Origin: a virus
Direction: 5' to 3' (one strand)
IMG/VR virus record: IMGVR_UViG_3300027970_002011
Location: 15,585-79,584 of that record
Length of the DNA: 64,000 nt
The position numbers and the translations under genes were made by a program. The number at the start of each line of letters is the position of its first letter. Position 1 is the stretch's first letter. Of the stretch, positions 42,556 to 53,045 are shown piece by piece. The notes under the pieces are model-generated. The model ran no database searches. It had not been told where the DNA came from and saw nothing but the letters and a program-made list of their open reading frames with translations.

Positions 42556-43815
42556 TTATTGGTATTTTATGTATACCGGTTGATTAACAACAAAATTTAT
42601 TGGTGAACCCGAAATCAATACAAGTTGTCCCGCTTGAAGTGGTGCTGTTTCATCATGGAAGAAGTTAGAACCATCAACCGCGAAACTATTTGTATTACCA
42701 CTATAAGTTGCCGTAGCACCACTTTGAGAGAATGATATTGAATAAGAACTTGTTGTTAACAAGTTGGAATAATAACTGTATCTGCTTGTACCACTAATGT
42801 CAACATAACTCCAATAAACCGCTCTATCAGAAATTCCGAATTGATTTGGTGTTGTAATACCTGTTGATGTTATGTAGTTTAAGAACACTGTTTCACCGGT
42901 AGGTGGAGTGTTAAAATTCGTATTCAAATCATACGCAAAACCAAGTAATGGTCCTCCTGATGGAGTTACCGTTGGTGTTGGTGTAGTACTCGGACTAAGA
43001 CCAGGTGTTACTGACGGTGTTGGTGTGGGCGATTGAGTCGCCTCAGGAGTTATTGAAGGTGTTACCGAAGATGTTGGTGTAGGACTAACAATCAAGGAAC
43101 TAGTCGGAGTAATAGTGTTTGTTGGAGTAACTGATGGACTTACTGTTATACTCGGTGTAATTGTTTGAGTTGGTGTTAAAGAATTTGTCGGAGTTACTGT
43201 TGGTGTTACTGTAACTGTTGAAGTTGTCGTTATTGTTGGAGTTGGTGTTTGAGTTGATGTTGGTGTTTGAGTTGGAGTTTCAGTTGGGGTTGGGGTTTGA
43301 GTCGCTGTTTGTGAAGGTGTGTTAGTTGGTGTGTATGTTGGAGTAACTGTAGGAGTTGGTGTCTTACTTGTTGTTGGAGTAAGTGAGTTTGTTGGCGTTA
43401 CTGTAGGTGTTAACGAGTTCGTGGGGGTTGAAGTTTTAGTAGGTGTAACGGTTGGAGTTGAAGTTTTGGTTACAGTTGGTGTCGGTGTTTGTGTTGTAGT
43501 ACTAGTTGGTGTTACAGTGTTTGTTGGTGTGAGTGATGGAGTTAAACTTATTGACGGTGTAACAGTCGGCGTTGGTGTTGGAGTTACGGTATATGCAATT
43601 GATGTGATACCTGTTATCACACAATTTTCATCATCCACAACTTTAACCATGTAACTATCACCATTGTTGTACGGTGATGGTATATCAAATATGTATGGTA
43701 AATCGCCAGTCACAATAGTTGATATGTAAAAGCATGAGGTACCACCACTTTGACAGATATAAACATCATATGGTGACGTTCCTGTAAGAGAATTGATTGT
43801 AACTTTTATTGCCAT
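42556..43815 (-). CDS. Mucin-like Thr-Pro repeat protein
   Basis: ~210-aa T/P/S tract between two globular domains. Confidence 0.8.
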   Translation of the reverse strand: MAIKVTINSLTGTSPYDVYICQSGGTSCFYISTIVTGDLPYIFDIPSPYNNGDSYMVKVVDDENCVITGITSIAYTVTPTPTPTVTPSISLTPSLTPTNTVTPTSTTTQTPTPTVTKTSTPTVTPTKTSTPTNSLTPTVTPTNSLTPTTSKTPTPTVTPTYTPTNTPSQTATQTPTPTETPTQTPTSTQTPTPTITTTSTVTVTPTVTPTNSLTPTQTITPSITVSPSVTPTNTITPTSSLIVSPTPTSSVTPSITPEATQSPTPTPSVTPGLSPSTTPTPTVTPSGGPLLGFAYDLNTNFNTPPTGETVFLNYITSTGITTPNQFGISDRAVYWSYVDISGTSRYSYYSNLLTTSSYSISFSQSGATATYSGNTNSFAVDGSNFFHDETAPLQAGQLVLISGSPINFVVNQPVYIKYQ

Positions 43816-43816
43816 T

Positions 43817-46800
43817 TTAACATTCGGTTATTGTTGATGGTGTAATACTTTTAACCATCAAAGGACTTGTTGATACCGTATCAGGTAATGAAGTGTAAGG
43901 ACAAATATCACAAGTTGACGAGTTGTATACTTTAGAACCTGTTGTTTGACCTTGTTGGATTGTTACTGTAAGTTCAGTAGTACTGTTACCTAAACAGTCA
44001 AAAGTTTCCATTTCAAATACCACTTGTACGGTTTGTGTTGCAGCTACAGGAATTCCGTTATTTAATAATGTAACCGTTATTTTATTTTCTGTTCTTGTAT
44101 ATCCTCCACACTGGTCAGGTAAGTTATTATTATAATTCGCATCATCCCAAGAAATACAAGCGATTTGACTATTAGTACCTGTTGAACCAACACAAGTTTC
44201 ACAATCTTGGTAAACAACTGTTTGTAGTCCCGCGAAATAATCACCACTGTAGTTTATGATGTTGGTATTACCCACAGGGTAGTAACTTTGGTATTGTCCA
44301 ACATATACCCAACAATTACCTTCTGAGTCTTTGAATGATTTAGTTGGTGTTAATGCAAATTCAACAAATGAAGTTTGAAGAACTGTTGTCTGAGAATATC
44401 CAAAACTATTCTGAGAACAAGATTGGAATACATATATCCATGCCACGTTAGTTGATGATGGTGTTGGTGTTAATGTCGGTGTAATTGAAGGTGTTGGTGT
44501 CATTGTTGGTGTTAATGTTGGTGTTGGTGTAAACGCAACTTCACAATCCACACAATTACCATACATGGCTTTAACTTCACTAACGGTTGAGTTAGAAGAT
44601 AAATTCTCATCATTTCTAACATAAGTTAAACAGAAGATATCCCCGTTAAGTACTCCTAAGAATGTTGTACCAGCAACTAAAGGTGTTCCACTAAACACAA
44701 GTGAATCATTTGTATAGAACTCAAGGTCACTTTGACAATCCTTCAATACTTTTGTGGTTACACAAGTAAATGCATCATCCACAAATCTGTATGTCACAGC
44801 CCCAGCAACATCCACAGTTCTTGTTGGACTTAAAGATAATGTTGGGGTTGGTGATGGAGTTTCAGGTAAGAATCTTTCAAAATCAAAATCAATACCCGTA
44901 TTACATGTAGGTGTTGATGGTGTCGGTGTTGGCGTAACCGCAAACTTAGTAAATTCAAAATTAACTACGTCACAAGTTATTGATGGTGTTGGTGATGGAT
45001 ATGGAACATAGTCACAATCAAAATACGCAACAAAATCTAAAGTGTTACAATTTATCGGCGAAGGCGTTGGTGTTGGACAAATTCCTGTTGTAAAGTAGTT
45101 GGCTGAAATGTCAGGACAAGGATTATAACATGGGTGTGCTCCCTCTAATAAACAACTACCACCCAAAGTATCACTTAAACACCAAAACGAACCTGTGTAG
45201 TAAATGTAACCTGTTGTAACACTATCTCCTGTATAATAATATCTTGAGTTATATGTTCCCCCAATTTCATAGTTACCTGAGTAATCTACCAAATCAGGTA
45301 GACTGGTTCTCAAGCAAAATTCTGTAGTTGCACACACACCCACCGATGGTGTTGGTGTTGGAGTAGCATTTGGGGTTCTTGTTGGACTTGGTGTTGGATT
45401 AATTACACAAATACCTGTTTGAACCACAATTACCTCAGAAGGTGCAATTATAGTATCTTCACAAACACAATATGTTGTTACCTCTAAAGGTGCCAATTCA
45501 ACGGTCAATTCATTTCCATAACAATCAATGTAACTAACTTCAGCAAAGGTAGTGTCACTAGTGTTTGTTATATCATATTCCAAACAATTACAAAGAATTG
45601 TTGGGGTATCTGTTACTGAAGGTGTGATAGTTGGTGTAACCGAAACACTTGGTGTTATAGATACTGATGGTGTAACGGTTGGAGTTGTTGTTGGAGTAAC
45701 TGTTGGTGTTTTTGTAACTGTTGGTGTAACAGATACTGATGGCGTAACAGAAACCGAAGGAGTTACCGACACAGAAGGTGTAACTGATGATGTAGGTGTT
45801 AGTGTCGGTGTAACACTTGAAGTTGGCGTTGTTGTTGGAGTGTTGGTTGGGGTTATAGTTGGGGTTGGTGTCAAAGAGGGACATACGTATGGTTGTAACG
45901 TAAAACAATCATTACAAGTTAAATAAAACGTAAGTGTATGTCCAACAGCATTATAAATTGGACCACTTGCAACATATGGTATTACTGTCGCACACCCTGT
46001 AAATGAAGGTCCTGTAATACCATAGGTATCACCCTCATTTAAAATACCCGAAACATTTTGGAATCTAAATACGTTACTTGGGTTACAACAATCTTGAAAT
46101 AAATAAATGTCATAAGGTTCCGATGGAGTAACCGTAGGAGTTACCGTTGGAGTTACTGATATACTTGGTGTAATAGAAGGCGTGTTTGTAGGAGTTACCG
46201 TTGGAGTCGTTGTTGGCGTATTTGTGGGAGTATGTGTTGGTGTTACAGACTCTGTTGGAGTTGGTGTAATTGTTGGCGTTGATGTCGGTGTATCCGATGG
46301 AGTTACCGATGCCGTAATTGATGGTGTATTAGTAGGTGTAGAAGTTGGTGTGTCTGTTGGAGTAACCGATGGTGTGACTGTTGGTGTAACAGAAGACGTT
46401 GGAGTTATTGTATTAGTTGGAGTTATTGTATTAGTTGGAGTAATTGTATTAGTTGGAGTAACTGTTGGTGTTAAAGATTCTGTCGGAGTTACTGACGGTG
46501 TATTGGTTGGTGTTGTTGATGGCGTTAATGGTGGTGTACCTGTTGGTGTAACAGAAGACGTTGGAGTTATGGTATTAGTTGGTGTAATTGTTGGGGTAAC
46601 AGTGTTGGTTGGTGTAGTACTATTTGTAGGAGTCACCGTTGGAGTTACGGATTCTGTTGGTGTCACAGTAACTGACGGTGTTAAAGAACTTGTTGGCGTA
46701 AGTGAAGGTGTATTTGTAGGAGTATTGGTTGGTGTATTTGTAGGAGTATTTGTTGGTGTAAGTGTTGGTGAATTTGTAGGAGTATTGGTTGGTGAATTTG

Positions 46801-47806
46801 TAGGAGTATTTGTTGGTGTTAAACTATTTGTTGGTGTATTGGTAGGTGTGATGGTTGGAGTATTTGTTGGTGTTTCAGTCGGTGTTGGTGTTAATGTTGG
46901 TGTTGGAGATGGACAAATAACACACTCAGAACAATTTGAGAAAATTTCGGTAGATTGTATTAAAACAGAACCTGTACCACCTAAAGTAACACTCTGAACT
47001 TCCCAACAAGTGCCTAAATAAGAAATAACATTACCATTTATTGGTACCGTACATCCCGCAGCATCAATTGATGATGTATTTGTACCATCACAACAATCTA
47101 TTAACGTTGCTGTCCAATCAAAACAAGGATTAACTCCTTCACACTCAACACAAGAATTATGAAAAGTCTTGTAAACACCAATAGAAGCCCCTGGTGTTCC
47201 TGAAATAATTTCAAAACAACATCCATCAACATCATATACAAGTCCAACACTTGAACTCGCATTTGGTACCGTAATGGTTAATTGTACAGTACCAGTACAA
47301 CAGTCTTCTACTAAAACATCAGTTAGAGTTTGTCCAGGAGATATTGTTGGTGTTGGAGTTTGTGTAGGAGTTTTTGTAACCGTTGGTGTTACAGTTGGCG
47401 TTTTTGTTTGAGTGGGTGTAACTGAAGGTGTTGTTGTTGGTGTTCTTGTTGGTGTTCTTGTTGGTGTTACAGTAGGTGTTTTTGTTTGAGTTGGTGTTGG
47501 TGTTGGTGAAGGAATTAAAGTAACCGCCAATGAACATGCACCAAGACCACACGCAGGGTCAGTACAATCAGTTGCGACTAACTGTAATGATGTTACTGTT
47601 CCAACAAAAGTACTATTTCCAGAACCAGGATTAACTAAAGATGGTCCGTATACAATCTCAAAACAAACACCACCGCCGCCTACAGCCCTGAAAACATCAC
47701 CAACAGAAATAATTCCCGATGGATATAACGGACTTGATACACTGTTAAGAGTAACAATATTAAAAGGGTTTTTACAACACTGTAATTGAATATATGCGGT
47801 TGCCAT
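43817..47806 (-). CDS. Large mucin-like Thr-Pro repeat protein with repeated Cys-rich modules
   Basis: Long (TPTx)n tracts alternating with DCC...C...CxxC modules. Confidence 0.82.
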   Translation of the reverse strand: MATAYIQLQCCKNPFNIVTLNSVSSPLYPSGIISVGDVFRAVGGGGVCFEIVYGPSLVNPGSGNSTFVGTVTSLQLVATDCTDPACGLGACSLAVTLIPSPTPTPTQTKTPTVTPTRTPTRTPTTTPSVTPTQTKTPTVTPTVTKTPTQTPTPTISPGQTLTDVLVEDCCTGTVQLTITVPNASSSVGLVYDVDGCCFEIISGTPGASIGVYKTFHNSCVECEGVNPCFDWTATLIDCCDGTNTSSIDAAGCTVPINGNVISYLGTCWEVQSVTLGGTGSVLIQSTEIFSNCSECVICPSPTPTLTPTPTETPTNTPTITPTNTPTNSLTPTNTPTNSPTNTPTNSPTLTPTNTPTNTPTNTPTNTPSLTPTSSLTPSVTVTPTESVTPTVTPTNSTTPTNTVTPTITPTNTITPTSSVTPTGTPPLTPSTTPTNTPSVTPTESLTPTVTPTNTITPTNTITPTNTITPTSSVTPTVTPSVTPTDTPTSTPTNTPSITASVTPSDTPTSTPTITPTPTESVTPTHTPTNTPTTTPTVTPTNTPSITPSISVTPTVTPTVTPSEPYDIYLFQDCCNPSNVFRFQNVSGILNEGDTYGITGPSFTGCATVIPYVASGPIYNAVGHTLTFYLTCNDCFTLQPYVCPSLTPTPTITPTNTPTTTPTSSVTPTLTPTSSVTPSVSVTPSVSVTPSVSVTPTVTKTPTVTPTTTPTVTPSVSITPSVSVTPTITPSVTDTPTILCNCLEYDITNTSDTTFAEVSYIDCYGNELTVELAPLEVTTYCVCEDTIIAPSEVIVVQTGICVINPTPSPTRTPNATPTPTPSVGVCATTEFCLRTSLPDLVDYSGNYEIGGTYNSRYYYTGDSVTTGYIYYTGSFWCLSDTLGGSCLLEGAHPCYNPCPDISANYFTTGICPTPTPSPINCNTLDFVAYFDCDYVPYPSPTPSITCDVVNFEFTKFAVTPTPTPSTPTCNTGIDFDFERFLPETPSPTPTLSLSPTRTVDVAGAVTYRFVDDAFTCVTTKVLKDCQSDLEFYTNDSLVFSGTPLVAGTTFLGVLNGDIFCLTYVRNDENLSSNSTVSEVKAMYGNCVDCEVAFTPTPTLTPTMTPTPSITPTLTPTPSSTNVAWIYVFQSCSQNSFGYSQTTVLQTSFVEFALTPTKSFKDSEGNCWVYVGQYQSYYPVGNTNIINYSGDYFAGLQTVVYQDCETCVGSTGTNSQIACISWDDANYNNNLPDQCGGYTRTENKITVTLLNNGIPVAATQTVQVVFEMETFDCLGNSTTELTVTIQQGQTTGSKVYNSSTCDICPYTSLPDTVSTSPLMVKSITPSTITEC

Positions 47807-47870
47807 CTAAGAAATCTCTACCTAATAAATACCCAAATGATATTTTTCATCAAAAAAAGATATAGTTATT

Positions 47871-48095
47871 ATGAGATTAATAAAGGAATTCTTCAATATA
47901 TTTATAATTGTGAGACTTTTAAAAACAATCAAGAAAGTAATTGAGGAGGCTGAGGATAGATATCTCTCAGCATGTGAAAATAATGTTCCATTAAAAGAGT
48001 TGGACAAACTTGAGGAGAATTATAAAAAATCACTAAAGTTAATGGAGATGTTAGAAACAAAATCTCCTGAAAAAACAATCAAAAAGAAATCTTAA
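47871..48095 (+). CDS. Small hypothetical protein
   Basis: 74-aa ORF filling the gap; start uncertain. Confidence 0.5.
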   Translation: MRLIKEFFNIFIIVRLLKTIKKVIEEAEDRYLSACENNVPLKELDKLEENYKKSLKLMEMLETKSPEKTIKKKS

Positions 48096-48855
48096 ATTTC
48101 TCATCGGGTAAGGATACTCCTTTTTTACTTACCACATCTGAACAAACCTCGTTTGCAAAAGATATTGATTGAATTAAGTCATTTGTTTTGATATAGTAGG
48201 ATACAAATGATGCAACAAAAGTATCACCAGCGCCACTAACATCTATAGTATCTTGTGGTTTTGGTGACCTATAAATACTACCCATATACATCGCTCCTTT
48301 AGAACCCAAAGTTATTATAAATTTATCGGGATGTTCGTCAACCAAATTTTTATTGTTATTATATTCTATTTCATTTTGTTTGACAAAAGAAATATTTTCA
48401 ATAATATCCCAACTCAATTTCTTCTTAGTATCTAAAATAGATAAACTAGCAATTTTACTTATATCACGAATCATTTGTTCACTAACATATCCCTTATTAT
48501 AATCACTTATTATAACAACATCGGATTCCATGATAGTTTTTTTCTGTTCAGGTGAAAGAAAATTCAAACTTTCACATGGTTGTAATTCACCCTCATCAAC
48601 ACGTGTAATCATTTGATTACTTTTTTTCTCAACATATCTTGTTTTTTCAATTTTATTGTGTTGATACCAATGAACAATATCACCCTCAGGTAATAGAGTT
48701 TTTAAGTTTTCAACAACATTACCCGCCATACCATTGTTGGTGGTTGTTTGAATCGGGTTCAATACCGGAACAGGTGCCTCAGGACACAATCTTTTTATTT
48801 CACAATACACAAATCGGTCAACACAAAGTTCACCTATAACTAAAATTTTTGCCAT
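48079..48855 (-). CDS. Heptose-7-phosphate kinase (HldE/RfaE kinase domain, PfkB family)
   Basis: RLCPEAPVPVL, GMAGNV, ISDYNKG, DVSGAGDTF. Confidence 0.9.
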   Translation of the reverse strand: MAKILVIGELCVDRFVYCEIKRLCPEAPVPVLNPIQTTTNNGMAGNVVENLKTLLPEGDIVHWYQHNKIEKTRYVEKKSNQMITRVDEGELQPCESLNFLSPEQKKTIMESDVVIISDYNKGYVSEQMIRDISKIASLSILDTKKKLSWDIIENISFVKQNEIEYNNNKNLVDEHPDKFIITLGSKGAMYMGSIYRSPKPQDTIDVSGAGDTFVASFVSYYIKTNDLIQSISFANEVCSDVVSKKGVSLPDEKFKISF

Positions 48856-49643
48856 TACATTAACAAATATTCTTGAGATTGACCTTTATTAAACCAAGGT
48901 CTACTTATTATGCCAGCCCAAGCATCCATAGTTGCTCCCATGTCAAGAGCTATCTTACCAAACTCATCTCTGAGAATTACCCCATAATCTTTTTGTAAAC
49001 CAACACCTAACAACACAACATCTTCTTTAATATTCTCAAAAGATTTTAAAAACTCATCTCTATTTCTAAAGTTAATCTCTTTAGAGTGTGTTGTAAAGTT
49101 TACAGTTGTTTGTAACTTTTCTTCAAGTTTTTTTGTTGATAATAATTCGGTATTAGGTGAGACAATGTTTACAGATACACCATCAAGTATGTCTTTTAAT
49201 TGATTAACATTCCCAAGTTGTGGACTACGTGCAATCATGTGGTCACATACTTGTATGTTTTTTAAATTAGTTCCCCACAACTCAGCTTTAAACTTTTCAA
49301 TAGACCAAGTATTGTAATTGTACGCAATATTAACAATTTTTGTCTTCGGGTCCATCAACCCAATTATGTCGGATTTAACAAAAGCGTTTTTTATTATATC
49401 ACCAGCATCACCATAAAATTGATTAACTTCTTGAGGGTATTTATATCCCCAAAGTTTGCAATTTTTTTCCTCAAAACCACCACCACCTGAACGGTTTAAA
49501 ATATAAATTTCACCATCACCAAATCTTGTTAATGCAAACGGTGTTTTATTTAAGATTTTATCTTTAATAATCCCAATTGTTTCCTCAATAGTTTTGTTTG
49601 GTGTAATGTAATTCAGGTTAGAAGTTGATACCATATTTTTCAA
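48855..49643 (-). CDS. GT-D fold (DUF1792-like) glycosyltransferase
   Basis: FALTRFGDGE, ALDMGATMD. Confidence 0.7.
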   Translation of the reverse strand: MKNMVSTSNLNYITPNKTIEETIGIIKDKILNKTPFALTRFGDGEIYILNRSGGGGFEEKNCKLWGYKYPQEVNQFYGDAGDIIKNAFVKSDIIGLMDPKTKIVNIAYNYNTWSIEKFKAELWGTNLKNIQVCDHMIARSPQLGNVNQLKDILDGVSVNIVSPNTELLSTKKLEEKLQTTVNFTTHSKEINFRNRDEFLKSFENIKEDVVLLGVGLQKDYGVILRDEFGKIALDMGATMDAWAGIISRPWFNKGQSQEYLLM

Positions 49644-50250
49644 TAATTTTTTGTCCCCGAGGCATTATTTCACCTCTACGACAAACACTAATATACCAGT
49701 GATAATCTAATAGATAAATATTATGTGGATTTTTATTCAAACGAATACTACCATTTATTTCATTTTCCCAAGGATTCTCGTTAGGTAAAACATTATCTTT
49801 TAATTTACTTTTTCTCCAAAGACCAAATTGATGGTTCTGAGTATATTCAGAATCTTGAGCAAACTTTAATAAATTATCTTTAATTTTAATGGTTTTTATT
49901 AGATTAATATTTTCCTTAATATGTAATTGGTCCATTTTATATTCTTCAAACATTTCAAGAATATTATCCTTTAATTCAAAATCTTTAATACACCAAAAAT
50001 CCTCTTGCATATAAAATACAAGTTCAGATTCAATTTGTTCTAAAGCAATTAATAGTCTTTCACCCCACTCACCTTTACCAGTTTTAATGTGAGTAACATC
50101 ATTCACAAAATCAGGTTCTTTTTCTTCAGATAAAAAGATAATTGGTCCGTGATTTTTACAATGTAAATTAAATAAGTGATACCATGGATTCCAAAATTTG
50201 GAATATGAATCCATTGAATGTAATATTACTGGTATCTCATTAATTTTCAT
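49618..50250 (-). CDS. Putative GT-A-like glycosyltransferase
   Basis: WGERL, YMQEDFW, LWRK, PWENE; context. Confidence 0.5.
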   Translation of the reverse strand: MKINEIPVILHSMDSYSKFWNPWYHLFNLHCKNHGPIIFLSEEKEPDFVNDVTHIKTGKGEWGERLLIALEQIESELVFYMQEDFWCIKDFELKDNILEMFEEYKMDQLHIKENINLIKTIKIKDNLLKFAQDSEYTQNHQFGLWRKSKLKDNVLPNENPWENEINGSIRLNKNPHNIYLLDYHWYISVCRRGEIMPRGQKIIEKYGINF

Positions 50251-50654
50251 CTATCTCTCAATATTTTTGTTGTAGAGAACTCTCCTACTTTTGGAAAAAA
50301 GATAACTTGTTTTGCGAACTGACCACCAATAACTTCTTTAGTTTCGTATTCACTACCAACAACTAAGATATCAGGATTCCATTCTTTAATTTGTCTTTCA
50401 AGTTCTTCCCTTGTTCCAAATCCAACCACACTATTAACACCTTTAATCTTAGACATAAAATATTCTCTGTCCTCAAAAGAATTGAAGGGTCTATTATGTC
50501 CCTTAAATTCTTTTATTCTTTCATCAGTGTCAATCCCTACTCTTAAAGTACCAAACTTTGACGCAAATTGAATGAGTTCAATGTGCCCTCTGTGAAGAAC
50601 ATCAAAAGAACCATTAACCCAAACCTTTATTTCGGTTGACTGTCTCCCTTCCAT
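50247..50654 (-). CDS. Heptose-1-phosphate adenylyltransferase-like (HldE/RfaE domain II, HxGH nucleotidyltransferase)
   Basis: NGSFDVLHRGH, KGHNRP, VVGSEY, FSTT. Confidence 0.88.
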   Translation of the reverse strand: MEGRQSTEIKVWVNGSFDVLHRGHIELIQFASKFGTLRVGIDTDERIKEFKGHNRPFNSFEDREYFMSKIKGVNSVVGFGTREELERQIKEWNPDILVVGSEYETKEVIGGQFAKQVIFFPKVGEFSTTKILRDR

Positions 50655-51016
50655 ACGCGATAAGAATCAGAATCAAAATGTTGTGTTGACACTTCAAATA
50701 CGGTTCCATCGGTCAAAGCCTCCAACTGGTGTGGTTGACCTGGTAATTGTCTTACAGTATCACCAACTTTTAAATGTTGCTCAATGACTTCAGCGGTTTT
50801 GGTGTCTATCCATCTATAGATAAATTCACCTTCATCAACATACCAAGTCTCATCTTTTATTAGGTGGTAGTGCATTGAAAATTTCGCACCTTTTTTGAAC
50901 ACTAATAGTTTACCACAATATAATTCGTTATTCACGAATATCACTTCATGTCCCCATCCTTTGGGAACATTACACCCTTCACATTCAATTGCGTTAATTA
51001 CCTTTGGTTTTTCCAT
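50627..51016 (-). CDS. Cupin, sugar-phosphate isomerase-like
   Basis: KGWGHE, SMHYHLIKDETW, PGQPH, EVST. Confidence 0.8.
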   Translation of the reverse strand: MEKPKVINAIECEGCNVPKGWGHEVIFVNNELYCGKLLVFKKGAKFSMHYHLIKDETWYVDEGEFIYRWIDTKTAEVIEQHLKVGDTVRQLPGQPHQLEALTDGTVFEVSTQHFDSDSYRVWKGDSQPK

Positions 51017-51017
51017 T

Positions 51018-51770
51018 TTACAAATTTATTTTTTTATAACCTAAGTCACTAATTAAATGATGTAATTCATCATCAGATGAAATCAAGTCTTTCATCTTAT
51101 CACTTAAGTTTAATTCATGATATCTTTCTTCAACTTTATCCCATGTTTGAAAAGAACTTTGACTTCCTTTAATACCGTCTAACCCATAATGGTCTTTGAC
51201 ACCAAAAGTTTCAAACAAAAATTTATCACGAACTTCTTTATTACTAATCCAATCTTCAAACTTTAAAAAAGATACTTGGTTGTTTGCACAAGCCCTTGCA
51301 TGACTCTTCCAACGTTCAATGAATATCTCATCAACTTTAAAAAGATGTGGTTCTTGAGTGTCCCATTTTGTAAAAATGGTTCTCTCATTTGAACGAATAC
51401 GTGATGATAAATTATTATAAAAATCTCTTAAAAAACAAACCCGACCTAAATGGTCTATATTATATTCGTTTCTTTTTTCAAGTGATAATGGTGCCTTATA
51501 AATTCTATCTTCATTAAAGATAGTATAATCATAAGGAGCGTCTTCATAATTGACAAAAATTAAACCAATAGATTCTTTATGTTCATCTAAAAATTTAAAA
51601 CTTAATGGTATATCGTGGTTTGCCTCACCTAAATGAAAAAAATTAGTTCCTGAAGCATTAATCATTTTGAATTTCCACTCTAATTGGAAACCAACTAAAT
51701 TTCTAATAATCCAATTTTTAATTGAGTGGTGTCCTGAACGGCTTAATGCCATTGTTTCGTACATTCTCAT
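51018..51770 (-). CDS. Sulfotransferase-like hypothetical protein
   Basis: N-terminal SRSGHH..W and LRDFYNNLSS resemble PAPS-binding motifs. Confidence 0.45.
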   Translation of the reverse strand: MRMYETMALSRSGHHSIKNWIIRNLVGFQLEWKFKMINASGTNFFHLGEANHDIPLSFKFLDEHKESIGLIFVNYEDAPYDYTIFNEDRIYKAPLSLEKRNEYNIDHLGRVCFLRDFYNNLSSRIRSNERTIFTKWDTQEPHLFKVDEIFIERWKSHARACANNQVSFLKFEDWISNKEVRDKFLFETFGVKDHYGLDGIKGSQSSFQTWDKVEERYHELNLSDKMKDLISSDDELHHLISDLGYKKINL

Positions 51771-52585
51771 TTTTTCTCAAGATATTCTTTGTAATCTTTT
51801 ATTCCCATTTCTAAATCCCACTTGGATTCCCAACCATTCATCCATTTTGATTTATTACTACACGTATAGAATTGATATCCATTTGGAATTACATCTTCTG
51901 ATGTATAACCATATTCAATACCCATATTATTAAGGACATCTTCAAAGGTTCTTGCGGTACCACTACCTACTTCATAGTATTTACTACCCAATTCTTCATA
52001 GTTTTCCAACGCATGAATGTTGGCTGAAACAATATCTTTGATGTAAACAAAATCTCTTTGTGGTTTTTTCGGGAACAGTGTTATTTTTTCACCTTTAGTA
52101 TTCTTTATAAACATCTGATAAGCAACGGACGCCATTTTACCTTTGTCTTCTTCTCCTGGTCCATAGACATTGAAATATCTAAGAGCAATGCCTCCATTGG
52201 ATATTACATATCCCTCACCAACATATTTACTCCAACCATATAAGTTTGATGGATATAAATTATTAGTTCCATAATTCGCAGCAGATGATGAGTAAATCAT
52301 TGGTTTGTTATTCTTAACACACCAATCCATTATGATTTTAGTTGATTCGTAATTACGAGTCATCATATAATCAACATTGGTTTCTAAAGTATCTGAACAC
52401 GCTCCAACATGGAATACCGCATCATAATTCATACTTTCAAGTATTTGTAATAATTTTTCACCCCAATTTAAGTTTAAAAAATATGAATCATCAAATTGAG
52501 TGACTAAATAACCATCTCTTTCAAGTTGAAATGCTAATGATTTCCCGATGAAACCTCTTGTTCCTGTAACAATAACTTTTTTCAT
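51767..52585 (-). CDS. hldD: ADP-L-glycero-D-manno-heptose 6-epimerase
   Basis: TGTRGFIG, HVGACSDT, SSAANYG, YGWSK, RYFNVYGPGEEDKGKMASV, RDFVY, YQFYT. Confidence 0.9.
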   Translation of the reverse strand: MKKVIVTGTRGFIGKSLAFQLERDGYLVTQFDDSYFLNLNWGEKLLQILESMNYDAVFHVGACSDTLETNVDYMMTRNYESTKIIMDWCVKNNKPMIYSSSAANYGTNNLYPSNLYGWSKYVGEGYVISNGGIALRYFNVYGPGEEDKGKMASVAYQMFIKNTKGEKITLFPKKPQRDFVYIKDIVSANIHALENYEELGSKYYEVGSGTARTFEDVLNNMGIEYGYTSEDVIPNGYQFYTCSNKSKWMNGWESKWDLEMGIKDYKEYLEKK

Positions 52586-52637
52586 AATCTATTTTCAATA
52601 ACATAATTATAAACTATTTTTTTAAAAAAGTAATATT

Positions 52638-53045
52638 ATGACATTGAATATTCACCCTCCCCAAAAAATTTATGTAAAAAATTCACCTGTACACGGATTA
52701 GGTGTTTTTGCAAGTGAAAAAATTAACAAAGATGAAATTTTTGAAGTATGTCCAATTTTGTCACTACCAATGAAATTCGGTGAAGTAAGTCCTTTGTTTA
52801 TTGACTATAGATTCAATTGGCCATCGGGAACTTCAGATTGGAAAGAACAAGTTATTTCTTTAGGGTTCGGTAGTCTTTATAATCACAGTGAAAGTCCAAA
52901 CGCTTATTGGTTTTCAGATAACGAAACAAGAACATTTAAATTTGTTGCACATCGTGATATTGAACCAGAAGAAGAAATTTTTGTTTGGTATGGTGATGTT
53001 AACTATTGGAACGATGGTAGGACATCAATAGAGGTTATTTCTTAA
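52638..53045 (+). CDS. SET-domain protein-lysine methyltransferase
   Basis: HGLGVFA, LYNHSESPNA, RDIEPEEEIFVWYG. Confidence 0.9.
   Translation: MTLNIHPPQKIYVKNSPVHGLGVFASEKINKDEIFEVCPILSLPMKFGEVSPLFIDYRFNWPSGTSDWKEQVISLGFGSLYNHSESPNAYWFSDNETRTFKFVAHRDIEPEEEIFVWYGDVNYWNDGRTSIEVIS

Noticed and set aside
43319-47552. Val/Gly-rich plus-strand ORFs and other off-frame ORFs
   Set aside because: Antisense or frame shadows of the Thr-Pro tracts
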